A stretch of DNA of 64,000 nt, the filler included, from Diploschistes diacapsis (taxonomy: Eukaryota): NCBI GenBank assembly GCA_023645945.1. It is 27 parts of 27 records of this genome, joined end to end, with 100 filler letters (N's around TTAATTAATTAA, not from the genome) between each part and the next. Parts side by side here need not be neighbours in the genome. Positions count along the whole stretch, not along the records: positions 47,392 to 48,408 come from JALAIB010004299.1; positions 48,509 to 49,524 come from JALAIB010004300.1; positions 49,625 to 50,640 come from JALAIB010004301.1; positions 50,741 to 51,756 come from JALAIB010004302.1; positions 51,857 to 52,872 come from JALAIB010004303.1; positions 52,973 to 53,987 come from JALAIB010004304.1; positions 54,088 to 55,102 come from JALAIB010004305.1; positions 55,203 to 56,216 come from JALAIB010004306.1; 19 more parts are not named here. One strand, written 5' to 3'. Every line of letters begins with the position of its first letter. Positions within the stretch are counted from its first letter, which is position 1. The notes beneath the pieces are model-generated. The model was not told the origin of the DNA. It saw nothing but the letters and a program-made list of their open reading frames with translations, and did not search any database. Positions 47,392 through 59,265 of this stretch are shown piece after piece. Both the position numbers and the translations under genes were made by a program.

Positions 47392-47671
47392 AGATTAAAG
47401 TATATCGATATTATTTATTATTATATACGGGATTTAATTAAACGAGACCGTATTAATGTTATTTATATATCTATAAACAAGATAATTATCGACGGATTAA
47501 CGAAATTATTACAATACGCCAAGCACGACATGTTTATTAAAAATTTTAGATTAATATAAAAGACATTCAACTAAATTAAGTAAACATGCCGATGATTTCG
47601 CCCGTAAGAAAGTATTAAGTAGACAGATAGAATACATAGCTAAGAAGTTTAACTGAACCTCAGGTTCAAAT
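47392..47671 (+). mobile_element. Copia RNase H end and start of 3' LTR-E
   Basis: IIIDGLTKLLQYAKHDMF; homologous to 18600-18790 in reverse. Confidence 0.82.
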
Positions 47672-48239
47672 TAGGCTGGCCGTCACGGACACTAACACAG
47701 CCGTGTCCGTGGCACGGACACGGCCGTGGCAGTATCCGTATTTTAAAATTTTTAGCCGTAGTATCCGTGTCCGTGTTTTTATTATAATATAATATTCGTA
47801 AAAATATTATTATTTTAAAAATTTTAACCGTATAGCCGTAATATTCGTATTAATAAATTTATTATCGTGTCCGTATATTTATCGAAATATTTTTAAATAA
47901 TATTTATTTTTTAATAATTTTAAAATTATTACGTTTATTTTTTATATTTTTATTTTTTTATCGCGGTATTTCGATAAATTCACGGTAATATTTCGATAAA
48001 TTTATTATCATATAATGTCCGTAAAAGTATCAGTGTTTTAAAATTTTTAACCGTAATATCCGTGTTCGTGTTTTTATTATAATATAGTATCCGTGGAAAT
48101 ATCCGTGTTTTAAAATTTTTAACCGTAGTGTCCGTGTTTGTGCTTTTACTGTAGTGTAGTGTCCGTGGAAGTGTCCGTGCCGAGAAAATTTTCGCGGTAG
48201 TGTCCGTGTTAGTGACCGTGGCACGCAACGGCCAGCCTA
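47672..48239 (-). mobile_element. hAT-like MITE, 568 bp, reverse orientation, non-matching flanks
   Basis: Both TIRs present; flanks GTTCAAAT and CTTAAAAC. Confidence 0.9.
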
Positions 48240-48919
48240 CTTAAAACATATTAAATAAAACCTTAAAACATAACAAGCAATAATTTAACCAATAATTTAA
48301 ACAAAATAAGAGTAAATACATAAAATCATAAAATGTTTAACGCAGAATTAAAAAAAATGTTATAAAGTTAATTTTCTAATACTCTTAAATTCATAAAGGG
48401 TTTATAGGNNNNNNNNNNNNNNNNNNNNNNNNNNNNNNNNNNNNNNNNNNNNTTAATTAATTAANNNNNNNNNNNNNNNNNNNNNNNNNNNNNNNNNNNN
48501 NNNNNNNNAACAAAAATACACGACGATAATAATTAACTAATAAGATCTATAGCATGAATTAAAAGAATAAAAAATAAAAAAATAAAATAATTAAGTATAA
48601 GAATATCACGAATAAGATAAAAACATTATAATAAAACTAATATTCGAATGAAAATATCATTAACTTAACAAACATCTAATCCATAAATAATCAATATCGA
48701 TATTAAAATTCATTAATATTATAATTAACTACTAACGAACCTTAAAATATGTATACCAAAACGAGAATAAGATATCAACACGTAACTTACGCGAAAAACG
48801 CGGATTTAACGTACTAATCAAGCTCGACCTATATAAAGAATCGAAATAATAACGATATAAATCGAGTTAACCATCTAACCTATTTTAATAAGCAAAGAAA
48901 GAACCATAAAGATAACTCT

Positions 48920-49131
48920 AAGAAACCAGAACAAGAAAGAAAGAAATAATTATAAAACCAAGCGAATAGCATACCAAGAATCGGACAAGCGGCGCTCAGG
49001 ATCTCGGCTTGCTGGTACTTGAAAGGGGATTTTGCCCTTCGTACTCTCTCCTCTTCTTTAGTAATTAGTCCTAGCATGAACCTGCCCCGCGTACAGCCAT
49101 CTTGCCACATTGTCGTATTCTACCCCTTACA
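48920..49131. mobile_element. Probable LTR fragment ending ...TACCCCTTACA
   Basis: GC-richer island ending in TTACA against RIPed DNA; only one copy in the window and the left boundary is unclear. Confidence 0.4.
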
Positions 49132-49624
49132 ATATTAAAGATATTAACGACGGATTAATTATTAACGTTAAGGACGTATCGATTACGTATATTAAAGACG
49201 TATTAATAATAAAAGTAAAGATTTAGCTAAATTACATTAAATTTCTATTATTTATTCTTATTAAAAATAATAGTACCTTAAAGATTGCTGCTTTCGCTTC
49301 GTGTAATTAACCCGAGTTAGATGATGATAGCCGACGGTCAGTAAGGAAGTTCTTGCGGATTAAAATTTTAAGAAGAAGAACTAAATCTAAACCTAAATCT
49401 AAATTTATTAAACCGGGTGCACCGGAGCCTATTACGTTAATAACGAGTATCGTACGCGTTATTAATAATTTAATTACGTATCTAGTATTTATCGACGCCG
49501 CGTTAACAACGTTTAACATATAGGNNNNNNNNNNNNNNNNNNNNNNNNNNNNNNNNNNNNNNNNNNNNTTAATTAATTAANNNNNNNNNNNNNNNNNNNN
49601 NNNNNNNNNNNNNNNNNNNNNNNN

Positions 49625-50370
49625 GTTCTCAATAACCGTATCTTAATTAACCGATTCTTTCATTAAGTTTTTAAACGAAAATCTTTTTCGTTTAATATTA
49701 TCGCGGGGACCTAATTAAACGCGTCCCGATATTAATTCTTCGCTAACATTAAATCCTTCGGAAGACTTTAACATTAATAACTATTATAACTCGAAATATT
49801 TTATAGATTATTCTTTAACTAACGATTCATTTATTAAATCGTATTTTTTAACAGATAGCATCTCGATTGATTCTTTAAAAGACGAAAGTATTATCGATTC
49901 TTTTTTTCTCTTTTAATCCTTTTTATTAACGGGAATTATTATTTATAATAAATCGATGGGTAATATTTTCGAATTCCGGTTATCGTAAATTTATTTGAAT
50001 ATTAAATTTAATTAACGTTTTAAACTCTCGTTACGAATACGAAAATAAAATAAACTTTTCGAATATGAAACGCTAGCGTAAGAATAGAATATTATACTAT
50101 CGGGAGCTGGGCCTGATCCGGAAAAATTACGTGTAATTAGGTATTTATAAGTAAAAGATCTCGATTCGAAAAGCTAGAAAAGAAACTATCTAAATAAGAA
50201 GGTTCCAGGAATAAATAGTGTGTGGGTGCTAGCCCTACGGGGTTTCGGGTCCTACCCGCCTACACAGCCACCCCCTAACATCCTTGGCACGGCTGGCACT
50301 TGTCATGTGACCCTGCCGTGGTCATGTGACCCTGGCATGGCTTGGCAGGCACCTGGGCTGAGCTGTCTCA
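49625..50370 (-). mobile_element. 5' LTR-A (50370-50066) plus leader/internal region
   Basis: The same internal flank follows the LTR at 51544-51756; PBS-position motif at 50055-50064. Confidence 0.88.
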
Positions 50371-50531
50371 AACAGCGGGGGTAGTGCCTAATAGGTAGCG
50401 CTATCCCACTGAGCCAACAGACTAACCAAAATGCTTTCAGGAACGCCCGAAGCATTGTTTCCCTATTACACTATGTGTAGGTGCGTGGCTGTGGCAGCAG
50501 GTGGCAGATGTGTAACCCCGCCGGCCTTACA
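50371..50531. mobile_element. LTR-C copy (reverse) missing its terminal 3 bp where LTR-A abuts
   Basis: Reverse complement of 39142-39301. Confidence 0.88.
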
Positions 50532-50740
50532 ATTACGTATATTATTAAGAACGATTTCTTTTTTGTTTTTAAACAGGTATTTTATGTAATTATAAGTTCA
50601 GAGAACGTACAAGCAGGTTCTAAAGTTATTAGGCTTGTTCNNNNNNNNNNNNNNNNNNNNNNNNNNNNNNNNNNNNNNNNNNNNTTAATTAATTAANNNN
50701 NNNNNNNNNNNNNNNNNNNNNNNNNNNNNNNNNNNNNNNN

Positions 50741-50898
50741 ATTTTAGGGTCTATAAATAGTCGTTAATATTAAATTTTATTAAAATCGAATTATTGCGAT
50801 GAGAGGTAGTCCTGATTAAGAAAAATCGAATGTAAGATGAAAACAGTGATTTGAGGTGGCCGGACTCTGGGGGTAGCCGGACTCACCGTCAAACACGT
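50741..50898 (-). mobile_element. Fot1/pogo 5' end lacking the LTR-C insertion
   Basis: ...CCGTCAAACACGT|TA; collinear with 39044-39141 plus 39310-39370. Confidence 0.85.
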
Positions 50899-51224
50899 TA
50901 CTTATTTTAGAAAATAGGTGGCCAAGATTTTTAAGGGTTTTAAAGAATATTATTTAATGATGCGTTAAAAGGAGTACTCCGCTTTTAATATTTAAAAAAA
51001 GAGTTTTTTCATTATTTTATCACAGACGTAGTCCGACTTTCAGAAGATTTTAAGACGAGTACTTCTTCCGGACGAGGATCCAGACCTGGATGAAAAAAAA
51101 GACGAGGAGGAAGATTAAGTAGATAACCTTGATTTAAGTATAGAAGAAATAGAGTCTAAAAAGGATGAGGAGGAAGGAAACGGGGAGGATTTTATGGAGG
51201 AATAAGTACGGAATAGGATTAAGG

Positions 51225-51756
51225 TGAGACAGCCCAGCCCAGGGGCTTGCCAAGCCACGGCAGGGTTAATGCCCAGGTGCTTGCCAAGCCACGGCAGGGT
51301 TAATGCCCAGGTGCTTGTTAAGATACGGCAGGGTTAGGAAGTGGCTGTATAGATGGGTAGTTCTCGAATCTCGGTAGGCTGACATTTATATTACTTAACG
51401 GTACCTTCCTCCCACTTAGATAATTTCTTTTTTAATTTTTCGAATCGAGACCTTTTATCTATAAATACCTAAGTTATACTTAATCCTTTCGGATCAGATT
51501 TAGCCCCCGATAAAATAATATCTTTTCTTACGTTAACGTTTTATATTCGAAAAGTTTACTTTATTTTCGTATTCGTAACGAAAGTTTAAAACGTTAATCA
51601 AATATTAAATATTCGAATAAGTTTACGATAATTAGAATTTAAAAATATTACCCGCCGATTTATTATAAATAATAATTCCCGTTAATAAAAAAAATTAAAA
51701 AAGAAAAAGAAAATCGATAATATTTTCGTTTTTTAAAAAATTAATTAAGATACCAT
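51225..51756 (+). mobile_element. 5' LTR-A (51225-51543, with an extra 34-bp U3 unit) plus leader
   Basis: TGAGACAGCCC...CGTTTTA|TATTCGAAAAG. Confidence 0.88.
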
Positions 51757-52059
51757 NNNNNNNNNNNNNNNNNNNNNNNNNNNNNNNNNNNNNNNNNNNN
51801 TTAATTAATTAANNNNNNNNNNNNNNNNNNNNNNNNNNNNNNNNNNNNNNNNNNNNCTTTAAGAAAAGTTAAAGAATTATACGGTCGAAAAGAATGCTCA
51901 CGTAGAGAATCTAGGACTAGAAAAGTTTATTTATTTTACATATAATTTATCCGTTAGATAATTTAACACGTATAATATTAATTCGAAGTAATTAATCGAT
52001 ATAATGAATTTATAATTATAGAATATCATGTATTTGATTGTTTATCCGGAAGCGGTAAT

Positions 52060-52330
52060 TATGATCGAGAATTATCGGATTCGCGTATTACTCGATGGCG
52101 GTTTTGAAATGAATGTGATAAAGAAGTGTATAGTGGATTAATTGAATCTAACGATCATTTTCTGCAAAGAGATTTTCTTGATGGACGTTAATTTAGGAGA
52201 GGTTATTATAGTAGGAATAGTGGAAAACGTTACGGTGTCGGTTAAAACTGTTATTGTTCTATAATTTTTCTTGGTGGTGGCTCGGACGAGCAAGCCGCTT
52301 ATCTTAAAGACGCTTTATATGTCTATAATT
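52060..52330 (+). mobile_element. RIPed retrotransposon aspartic protease
   Basis: VLLDGGFEMNVI...GIVENVTVSV...FLVV...PLILKTLY corresponds to LLDxGS...LILGxP. Confidence 0.75.
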
Positions 52331-52667
52331 GTTATGTAAGCTAATTATAGAGAGGATGGATCGGTTGGGATTATAATTACAGATCTAGCGTTTGAAAGAT
52401 AGGTAGTTTTCGTTGAAGTATACGGGTCTAGTAAGAGGATTAAGAAAATGTTTGACATCCCGAATAGTAAATGATTTAGGATTAGGGTCTATGATTAGGA
52501 AAACGAGTCGTGAGGATTTTAATCAAGGAAGGTTTTTTTTTTTTTTTTTTCGGAGAACGGAGGTTAACGGTAGAAGTTTTTTATTTATTTTGTTCTTATA
52601 GTTTTTATTTATTAGGTTTAAAATCGGAAGATAGGTAATTTTTATTATTAGAGGATTTTAAGGGTTT

Positions 52668-52872
52668 TAGAACGCCCCTACAGGAATACTACACAACCAG
52701 GGGCTGAGCCTAATCTGGAAGGATCACGTGTAGCTGCAATCTGTAGGCTGAATGGTTCAGATTCGAAAAGGTGAAGAACTAACTAGGTGGGCAGTAGCGA
52801 GGTATAAATACCTCCCAGGTCAGCCCTACTGCCCTACGGGGTTCAACCCTTGAACCCACAAACGTTCAGGAT
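52668..52872 (-). mobile_element. LTR-B copy (truncated by contig end)
   Basis: TAGAACGCCCCTACAGG... near-identical to 37765 over most of its length. Confidence 0.9.
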
Positions 52873-52972
52873 NNNNNNNNNNNNNNNNNNNNNNNNNNNN
52901 NNNNNNNNNNNNNNNNTTAATTAATTAANNNNNNNNNNNNNNNNNNNNNNNNNNNNNNNNNNNNNNNNNNNN

Positions 52973-53626
52973 CTTTCATATAACAACAACGGGGAAACTG
53001 AATGGCGTACGGTTAATTATTTATTTTAATCTTTTCTACTTATATAACTCGTTGAAGTTTTTATCGATTAGAGCTCGGTTTCGATTATTTATAAGATATA
53101 TTTTTGTTAAACCCGCTTTATAGTTATTTTTCTAATTATTTAATAATGGTATCTCGAGATATTGTAATTTAAGTATTATTATATTTCCCGTATCGATCTA
53201 TAAGTTTAAATACGAATTAATTACTTCTATTAATCGTGTTAGAGCATCTTTATTTTCGTAAATAATTATTTTGTTTTATAATTTCGTCTTAAACTTAATT
53301 GGTTTATTATTATTAGATTTAGGCATGATGTATGTTACGGGGTATCGTGTTAAATTTTCGAAATAATTATTTACGGTATAGGCCGTATTTCTATCGTAGT
53401 CGACTATAATCTTTAAATGAGATTTATTTAAAAATGTCTGATTTAGATCCGAATCGTTTCGTATAAATACGGCGTTGATGTCGTTATCGACGACATACGC
53501 GTAGACGGATAGCTTCTGTTAACGTTTAGGTTAAAAGAGGAAATCTCGATCTTTCGATAATCTTAAAGGTATTCCCTTCGAATCGATAATAAATATTAAA
53601 ATAACCGATCTCGAAGGTATTATAAA
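52973..53626 (-). mobile_element. RIPed Gypsy pol fragment (region between protease and RT)
   Basis: LSKDRDFLF*P...SVYAYVVDND..AVFIRNDSD resembles the RDFLFEP...YAHVVD...VRND region of fungal Gypsy pol. Confidence 0.6.
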
Positions 53627-53843
53627 TGGAACATCCTGAGCGTTTGTGGGTTCAAGGGTTGAACCATGGTAGGGCTGGTAGGGCTGGCACCCAGACTATT
53701 TATTTGTGCCCTCCTCCCATCTAGATAGTTTCTTCTTCACCTTTTCGAATCTGAACCATTCAGCCTACAGATTGCAGCTACACGTGATCCTTCCAGATTA
53801 GGCCTAGCCCCTGGTTGTGTAGTATTTCTGTAGGGGCGTTCTA
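53627..53843 (+). mobile_element. Solo LTR-B, 217 bp, TSD ATAAA/ATAGA
   Basis: TGGAACATCC...GGCGTTCTA with 5-bp flanks differing by one G>A. Confidence 0.9.
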
Positions 53844-54607
53844 ATAGATGTATTTTAAGAAAATATTATAACCGTAATCTTCTTTTACGTTATAATTAAA
53901 ATCGGAATCTTTAAGCCGGCGTAATTTTCAATAATAATTTATTTTTAAAAATCGACGATAAACTATTTTAAATATAATATATTAATANNNNNNNNNNNNN
54001 NNNNNNNNNNNNNNNNNNNNNNNNNNNNNNNTTAATTAATTAANNNNNNNNNNNNNNNNNNNNNNNNNNNNNNNNNNNNNNNNNNNNGTTATATACTAAT
54101 GACACCTGAGAAAGCGATATGGTCAGTCCAATCTCGGCTGGCTAAGGATCATATACCATAATAATATTTAACAAATCATACGACAGTATTTACTTTATTG
54201 CTTATTATACGTCGCCTTACGTCCTAATTATAACCTGTGATTAATAAGCTATTTATATTATATAAAGGCTTAATTTCCTAAAAATAAGACTAATTTCCGC
54301 CATATAGACATTAACCTGCGCCGGTATGTTAAAAGTAGTATTAAAGATAATATTATTTAAGGGTCTATTAACCTTAATGATAAAACTAAGGACGATTGCA
54401 CGGAATTACTTTTAGGGATGTATAGAAGGATTCGTAAATAATAGAAGGTGTTATAATCTTGATAAAAAGAAAGATTGGTATTAAAAGATAAACTAGTGTA
54501 TAAAATTGATAAAAAGATGTGGATCTCGTATGATAAGAAGTAAAGCGGTCTGAAGTTTATTACGTAGCCTTGTTTGAAAAGAAACGTCCGAATATCGAAA
54601 CCTAAAC

Positions 54608-54849
54608 TAGGCTGGCCGTCACTAACACTGACACGGCCGTGTCAGTGACACGGATACTGATAGTGTCAGTGTCCGTGTTTTAGATTTTTTAGCTGCGGTG
54701 TCCGTGTCCGTGGATTCACGGAAGTGTAGTATCCGTATTAGTGTCCGTATTTTAAAATTTTAGCTGTCGTGTCCGTGTCAGTGTCCATATTTTGAAAATT
54801 TTTGCTGCAGTGTCCGTGTCAGTGACCGTGGCACGAAACGGCCAGCCTA
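54608..54849 (-). mobile_element. hAT-like MITE, 242 bp, non-matching flanks
   Basis: Both TIRs; flanks ACCTAAAC and GTTTAATA. Confidence 0.9.
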
Positions 54850-54976
54850 GTTTAATAGACGGATAGTTTTAGAAAGAAATTATAATAAAAACGGATAATA
54901 TAGCTTAATAAGGCGACACCGACGAATCTATTGATGAAGATATCGAAATCACGTTTTTATTAATTTTAATATTAAT

Positions 54977-55102
54977 TAGGCTGGCCGTCACTGACACTGA
55001 CACGGCCGTGTCAGTGACACGGATACTGATAGTGTTAGTGTCCGTGTTTTAGATTTTTTAGCTGCGGTGTCCGTGTCCGTGGATTCACGGAAGTGTAATA
55101 TC
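54977..55102 (-). mobile_element. hAT-like MITE, second tandem copy (truncated)
   Basis: Near-identical to 54608-54733. Confidence 0.88.
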
Positions 55103-55202
55103 NNNNNNNNNNNNNNNNNNNNNNNNNNNNNNNNNNNNNNNNNNNNTTAATTAATTAANNNNNNNNNNNNNNNNNNNNNNNNNNNNNNNNNNNNNNNNNN
55201 NN

Positions 55203-55736
55203 TAATAAAGTTAATAATACAGTTAAAGACGTTATTATTAAAAATAAAATTATTTTTATTAAATGGATCGGTAATCCGGCGTTTTATTATATATAATTAA
55301 TTAATTATATCTATTTAGAAACCTGACTCTTATTCAAAAACGACGAATCAAAGTCGGGAAAAGAATGCTTTATTTAGATTATATTAAGAAAGTTAGGTTG
55401 AAATAAAATAATAACGTTTTATATTTAAGATATATGATGTATATATTTAAATTAAAAGTAAACCTTATATCGGGGTAAAAGTTATATAAAATAGGATTAC
55501 GGGGGACTTTTAATTAAAAAAGCTTATATCTATACGACGAGAACGGTCGAATAATTCTTATATACAAGAAAAAGAATGGAATTTATTATTCGAGTAAAAT
55601 AACAAAAAAAAAACATACGTATAAAGCAATTACGTATCTAATAACTAAACCTGAACCTAAATTGAATCTAAAAGTTCAATTTAATAAAAACAATTATCAG
55701 CTATAGCACGCACGTATAGCTTATATAGGACCTAAG
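55203..55736 (+). mobile_element. RIPed Copia pol: protease to GAG-pre-integrase region
   Basis: WIG(N).. protease-like start and YQL*HARIAYIGP, the RIPed form of WHxRxxH. Confidence 0.75.
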
Positions 55737-56191
55737 TGTTATGATCTCTATCTATACAAGGTATACACGAGTAGGATCAAGGTAGGTTTGGTCTCTGTTA
55801 GAAGAGGAATATGGCAAAAGAAGAAGATAGAACAGTTACAAGTCTTAGACTGTTTCTAAAAAAAAAGCTCTAAAATAATAAAAATAACGAATATAAATTA
55901 ATCCCGAATAATAATTCAAGATATCTATAAAAATAAACACGCCCTCTTTTACGAAGATAAAATCGTGCTTATATATAATCAGCTCGCTCGCCGCTTACCG
56001 CAAACTCAACGAGCGATACCCTCGAAGCTCGCCGTTCATAAAAATAAACGCGACCGTCGAGCAATAATAAAAGCTTACTCGCCGCTTACGAGGGTAAACG
56101 CGAATAATGAACGTATCACGTGATCCCTAATCCCGTAACTGATCTATATATAAAGCTAAGACGTATTAAGTCTGGTATTTAGATCGTAACA
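55737..56191 (-). mobile_element. Complete 3' LTR-D (455 bp; TGTTACGATC...GATCATAACA) preceded by a purine tract
   Basis: Imperfect 10-bp inverted termini; minus-strand AAAAAAAGGGATAA immediately upstream. Confidence 0.85.
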
Positions 56192-57252
56192 TTATCCCTT
56201 TTTTTCAATATTATCGNNNNNNNNNNNNNNNNNNNNNNNNNNNNNNNNNNNNNNNNNNNNTTAATTAATTAANNNNNNNNNNNNNNNNNNNNNNNNNNNN
56301 NNNNNNNNNNNNNNNNATATTATTATCTCGTCTAAAACTTTATCGGCCGAGAATTATTTTAATAGAAATTCGATTTTATTTTATTAGCACTCGTACGGTT
56401 CTTGGATATTTATCGATATTATAGATAAAAAGATTAGTCGAATACGCAACTTCATAAATCGTTATAGAACCAATATATTCGATCATGATTTCTACGGCTT
56501 AAGAATTTTATATATAAAACGAAAAATACTCGCTAAGATTCCGGTTGATCTCTAATCGCATAGATCGTATACTCTAAACTTTCAACGCTAAATGCTAGTG
56601 CCGATACGGTTTCTCTAATGCCAGACGAGATTGGAAAGTAAATGTTAAACCTTTAATATGTCCACGTTTATTTACCCAGACCTTCAGCTCGGGCAATTTC
56701 CTCTACATGCCTCAGTCGTTCTACCATCATCTCAGTCTTTCTCTATTGGCAGAGAGCCTTTATTCAAGAGGTCAAACACATCTGCCGCAAACCTGCTAAC
56801 GAAATTGTAACTTAAGAAAAGTGACAGCCTCGTTTTCTGATTCTATAATGGTGATTCATATGGGATACGAGACAAAGACGGATTTCGAACGTTTACTTTC
56901 GCTACCTTTCCTGTACCGGTAGTGGAAATAAATTACGAAACCTTTTAAGCTCTTACATTATTATATCTTCGCTTAGTTCGATATCTTTCTTATTTTATTT
57001 CTTTCTTCAGTAATTTCCGCCTTATTTTTTATCGTGCGTTATAATTAAAGGTAAATCCTAAAATCGTAATAATTAACCTAACTTACCTAATCGATAATCC
57101 GATTAAGGGTCGGTTACGAGTTTTCAATGAAAAGGATATTACGCACAACTTTAGAATAAAAAGATATTATTAGAATAGAAAGAACGAGTACAATTATATT
57201 TATAAATACGAGTATCTCGTATAAAGAAAGATAGAATCGGAAATAATAATTA

Positions 57253-57330
57253 ACGTCTATGCATAGCGAGCGGACAATCATAGCGAGCGGACATCTTTCT
57301 CGATTTATACGAATTGTAATTACATTTGCG
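57253..57330 (-). mobile_element. Fot1/pogo terminus of the 43561 family
   Basis: TA|ACGTCTATGCATAGCGAGCGGAC. Confidence 0.85.
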
Positions 57331-57739
57331 NNNNNNNNNNNNNNNNNNNNNNNNNNNNNNNNNNNNNNNNNNNNTTAATTAATTAANNNNNNNNNNNNNN
57401 NNNNNNNNNNNNNNNNNNNNNNNNNNNNNNTACGTTATATTAAGAAGATTAGGTTTTAATATTTTATATTTAAAATATATTATGTTTTCTTTCTATATTA
57501 TCGGAGTAAAAAGTTATGTAAAACGAAATTGGCGTAGAGATCGCTAACGGGATTACGACGCTTAGGACAACGTTATTATATTATAAAATATAAAATCTTT
57601 ATTAAAAACAATTAATCTTAATCGAAAGATATTTAAATAAATTAATATATTAATTAATTCCGTTTATAAAAAAATATTAAATAAATAAATAAAATTTATA
57701 ATTATAAACTTGGCTTGTTTTAAAAGATTTATTAAAAAA

Positions 57740-57932
57740 ACCCGGGAAGTTCAGTTCAAATAAACTTATCAGGTTCAGTTCAGTTCAATTCAACTGAACC
57801 TTATAGAATTTGATGAAATCCTGACTAGACCGATCAGGTATAATGTGGGTAGTAAGGCTTAACGAATCCCGTGGGGTATAAAAGTCTGTACAGTAGAATT
57901 ACTTCCTAAGATAAGACCTCTAGACTTCAATA
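57740..57932 (+). mobile_element. Copia LTR related to LTR-E (3' part), adjoining a repeat shared with 49180-49523
   Basis: GTTCAG repeats and ...CTCTAGACTTCAATA end. Confidence 0.65.
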
Positions 57933-58544
57933 TATCCATTACGTTGCTAAACAAATAACGTGTATAATGCCCGTTATTAACACAATAGGCTTCAATACAT
58001 CCGGTTTAATAAATTCAGGTTTAAATTTAATTCTTTTTTTTAAAGTCTCAACCCGTAAGAACTTCCTCACTAACCGTCGGTCACCATTATCTAGCTCGGA
58101 TTGATCATAAGGAACGGAAACAAGAATTCTTAAGATACTGTGATTCTCGATAAGAACAGATCATAAAAAATTTTTAGTATAATTCAGCTAAATCTTTACC
58201 TTTATCGTTAATACGTCTTTAACGAACGTAATTAATACGTTTTTAATATCTCAAATATTAGATACTACATCATTCGTTAAACGTCCCGATAACGTTCGGA
58301 CGGGTATTACGTTATCGCCCTTTTTATAACTTTTAAATAATCTTAGTTTTTAAAAAATAAATATCTTATCTTCTTTAAACTTTATTAAACTGGTTTTAAT
58401 AATCTTTTAAACATCGAATACCTAAATCTTATATTATATATTAANNNNNNNNNNNNNNNNNNNNNNNNNNNNNNNNNNNNNNNNNNNNTTAATTAATTAA
58501 NNNNNNNNNNNNNNNNNNNNNNNNNNNNNNNNNNNNNNNNNNNN

Positions 58545-58915
58545 GTGGTGGTGAGGGTGTGGATGTTGATGGAGGAGGAGGAGGAGGGGACAGGAGCGCG
58601 GATTTCGCGGGGAGGAATCTGAGTCCGTTGAGTTTGCTGGATCCGGAGAAGGAGGAGAGTTTTTGCTACGGGTATAAGCAGAATGTGCTGCGTAAAGAGG
58701 GCGCGGTGCCGGGAGGGACTGCGGTGGGGGAGAAGGGGAATGAGAGTTACAGTGGTGTCGCAACGACGAATGGGGTGTCTGGTGGTGATGGTGGGGTAGG
58801 GGAGGCGGTGGCGCCGATGGTGGATATGGAGGGGGCGTTGGGCTTGCAGGATAGGCTCTGGGAGGAGATGATGGCTGTTTGGCCGATGAGTATGGATGGG
58901 AGCGCACTGTTTTGA
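58545..58915 (+). CDS. C-terminal fragment of an unknown protein (possibly a transcription factor)
   Basis: Open frame from the contig start ending LQDRLWEEMMAVWPMSMDGSALF*. Confidence 0.6.
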
Positions 58916-59079
58916 GAAGCTGTTGGATTTCGTGTAGGACCGGGTTAGATGTGCGCATCGGATGCGTAAATGTGCATATCCGCGATGGGACTGGGCTTGG
59001 GCTTGGATCGTATATACACTTCGATTTATTCATGAACATCATCAGCTTAAGCTCGGGCAAACCCAACCCATACATGTAC

Positions 59080-59115
59080 AAGAAGAAGAAGAAGAAGAAG
59101 AAGAAGAAGAAGAAG
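59080..59115. repeat. (AAG)12 microsatellite
   Basis: Read directly. Confidence 0.95.
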
Positions 59116-59265
59116 CGGTAAGCCAATTCCCCCCCTAAACCATCACTACCCACACCCTCCATCAGTTCAATCCAACAACAGTCCCCTTCATATGCACAGG
59201 CACCAACACCGCCGCCCCCAAATCCCACTCCCGATGCCCCAAGCGCCAATTCACGGCTCGTCACA

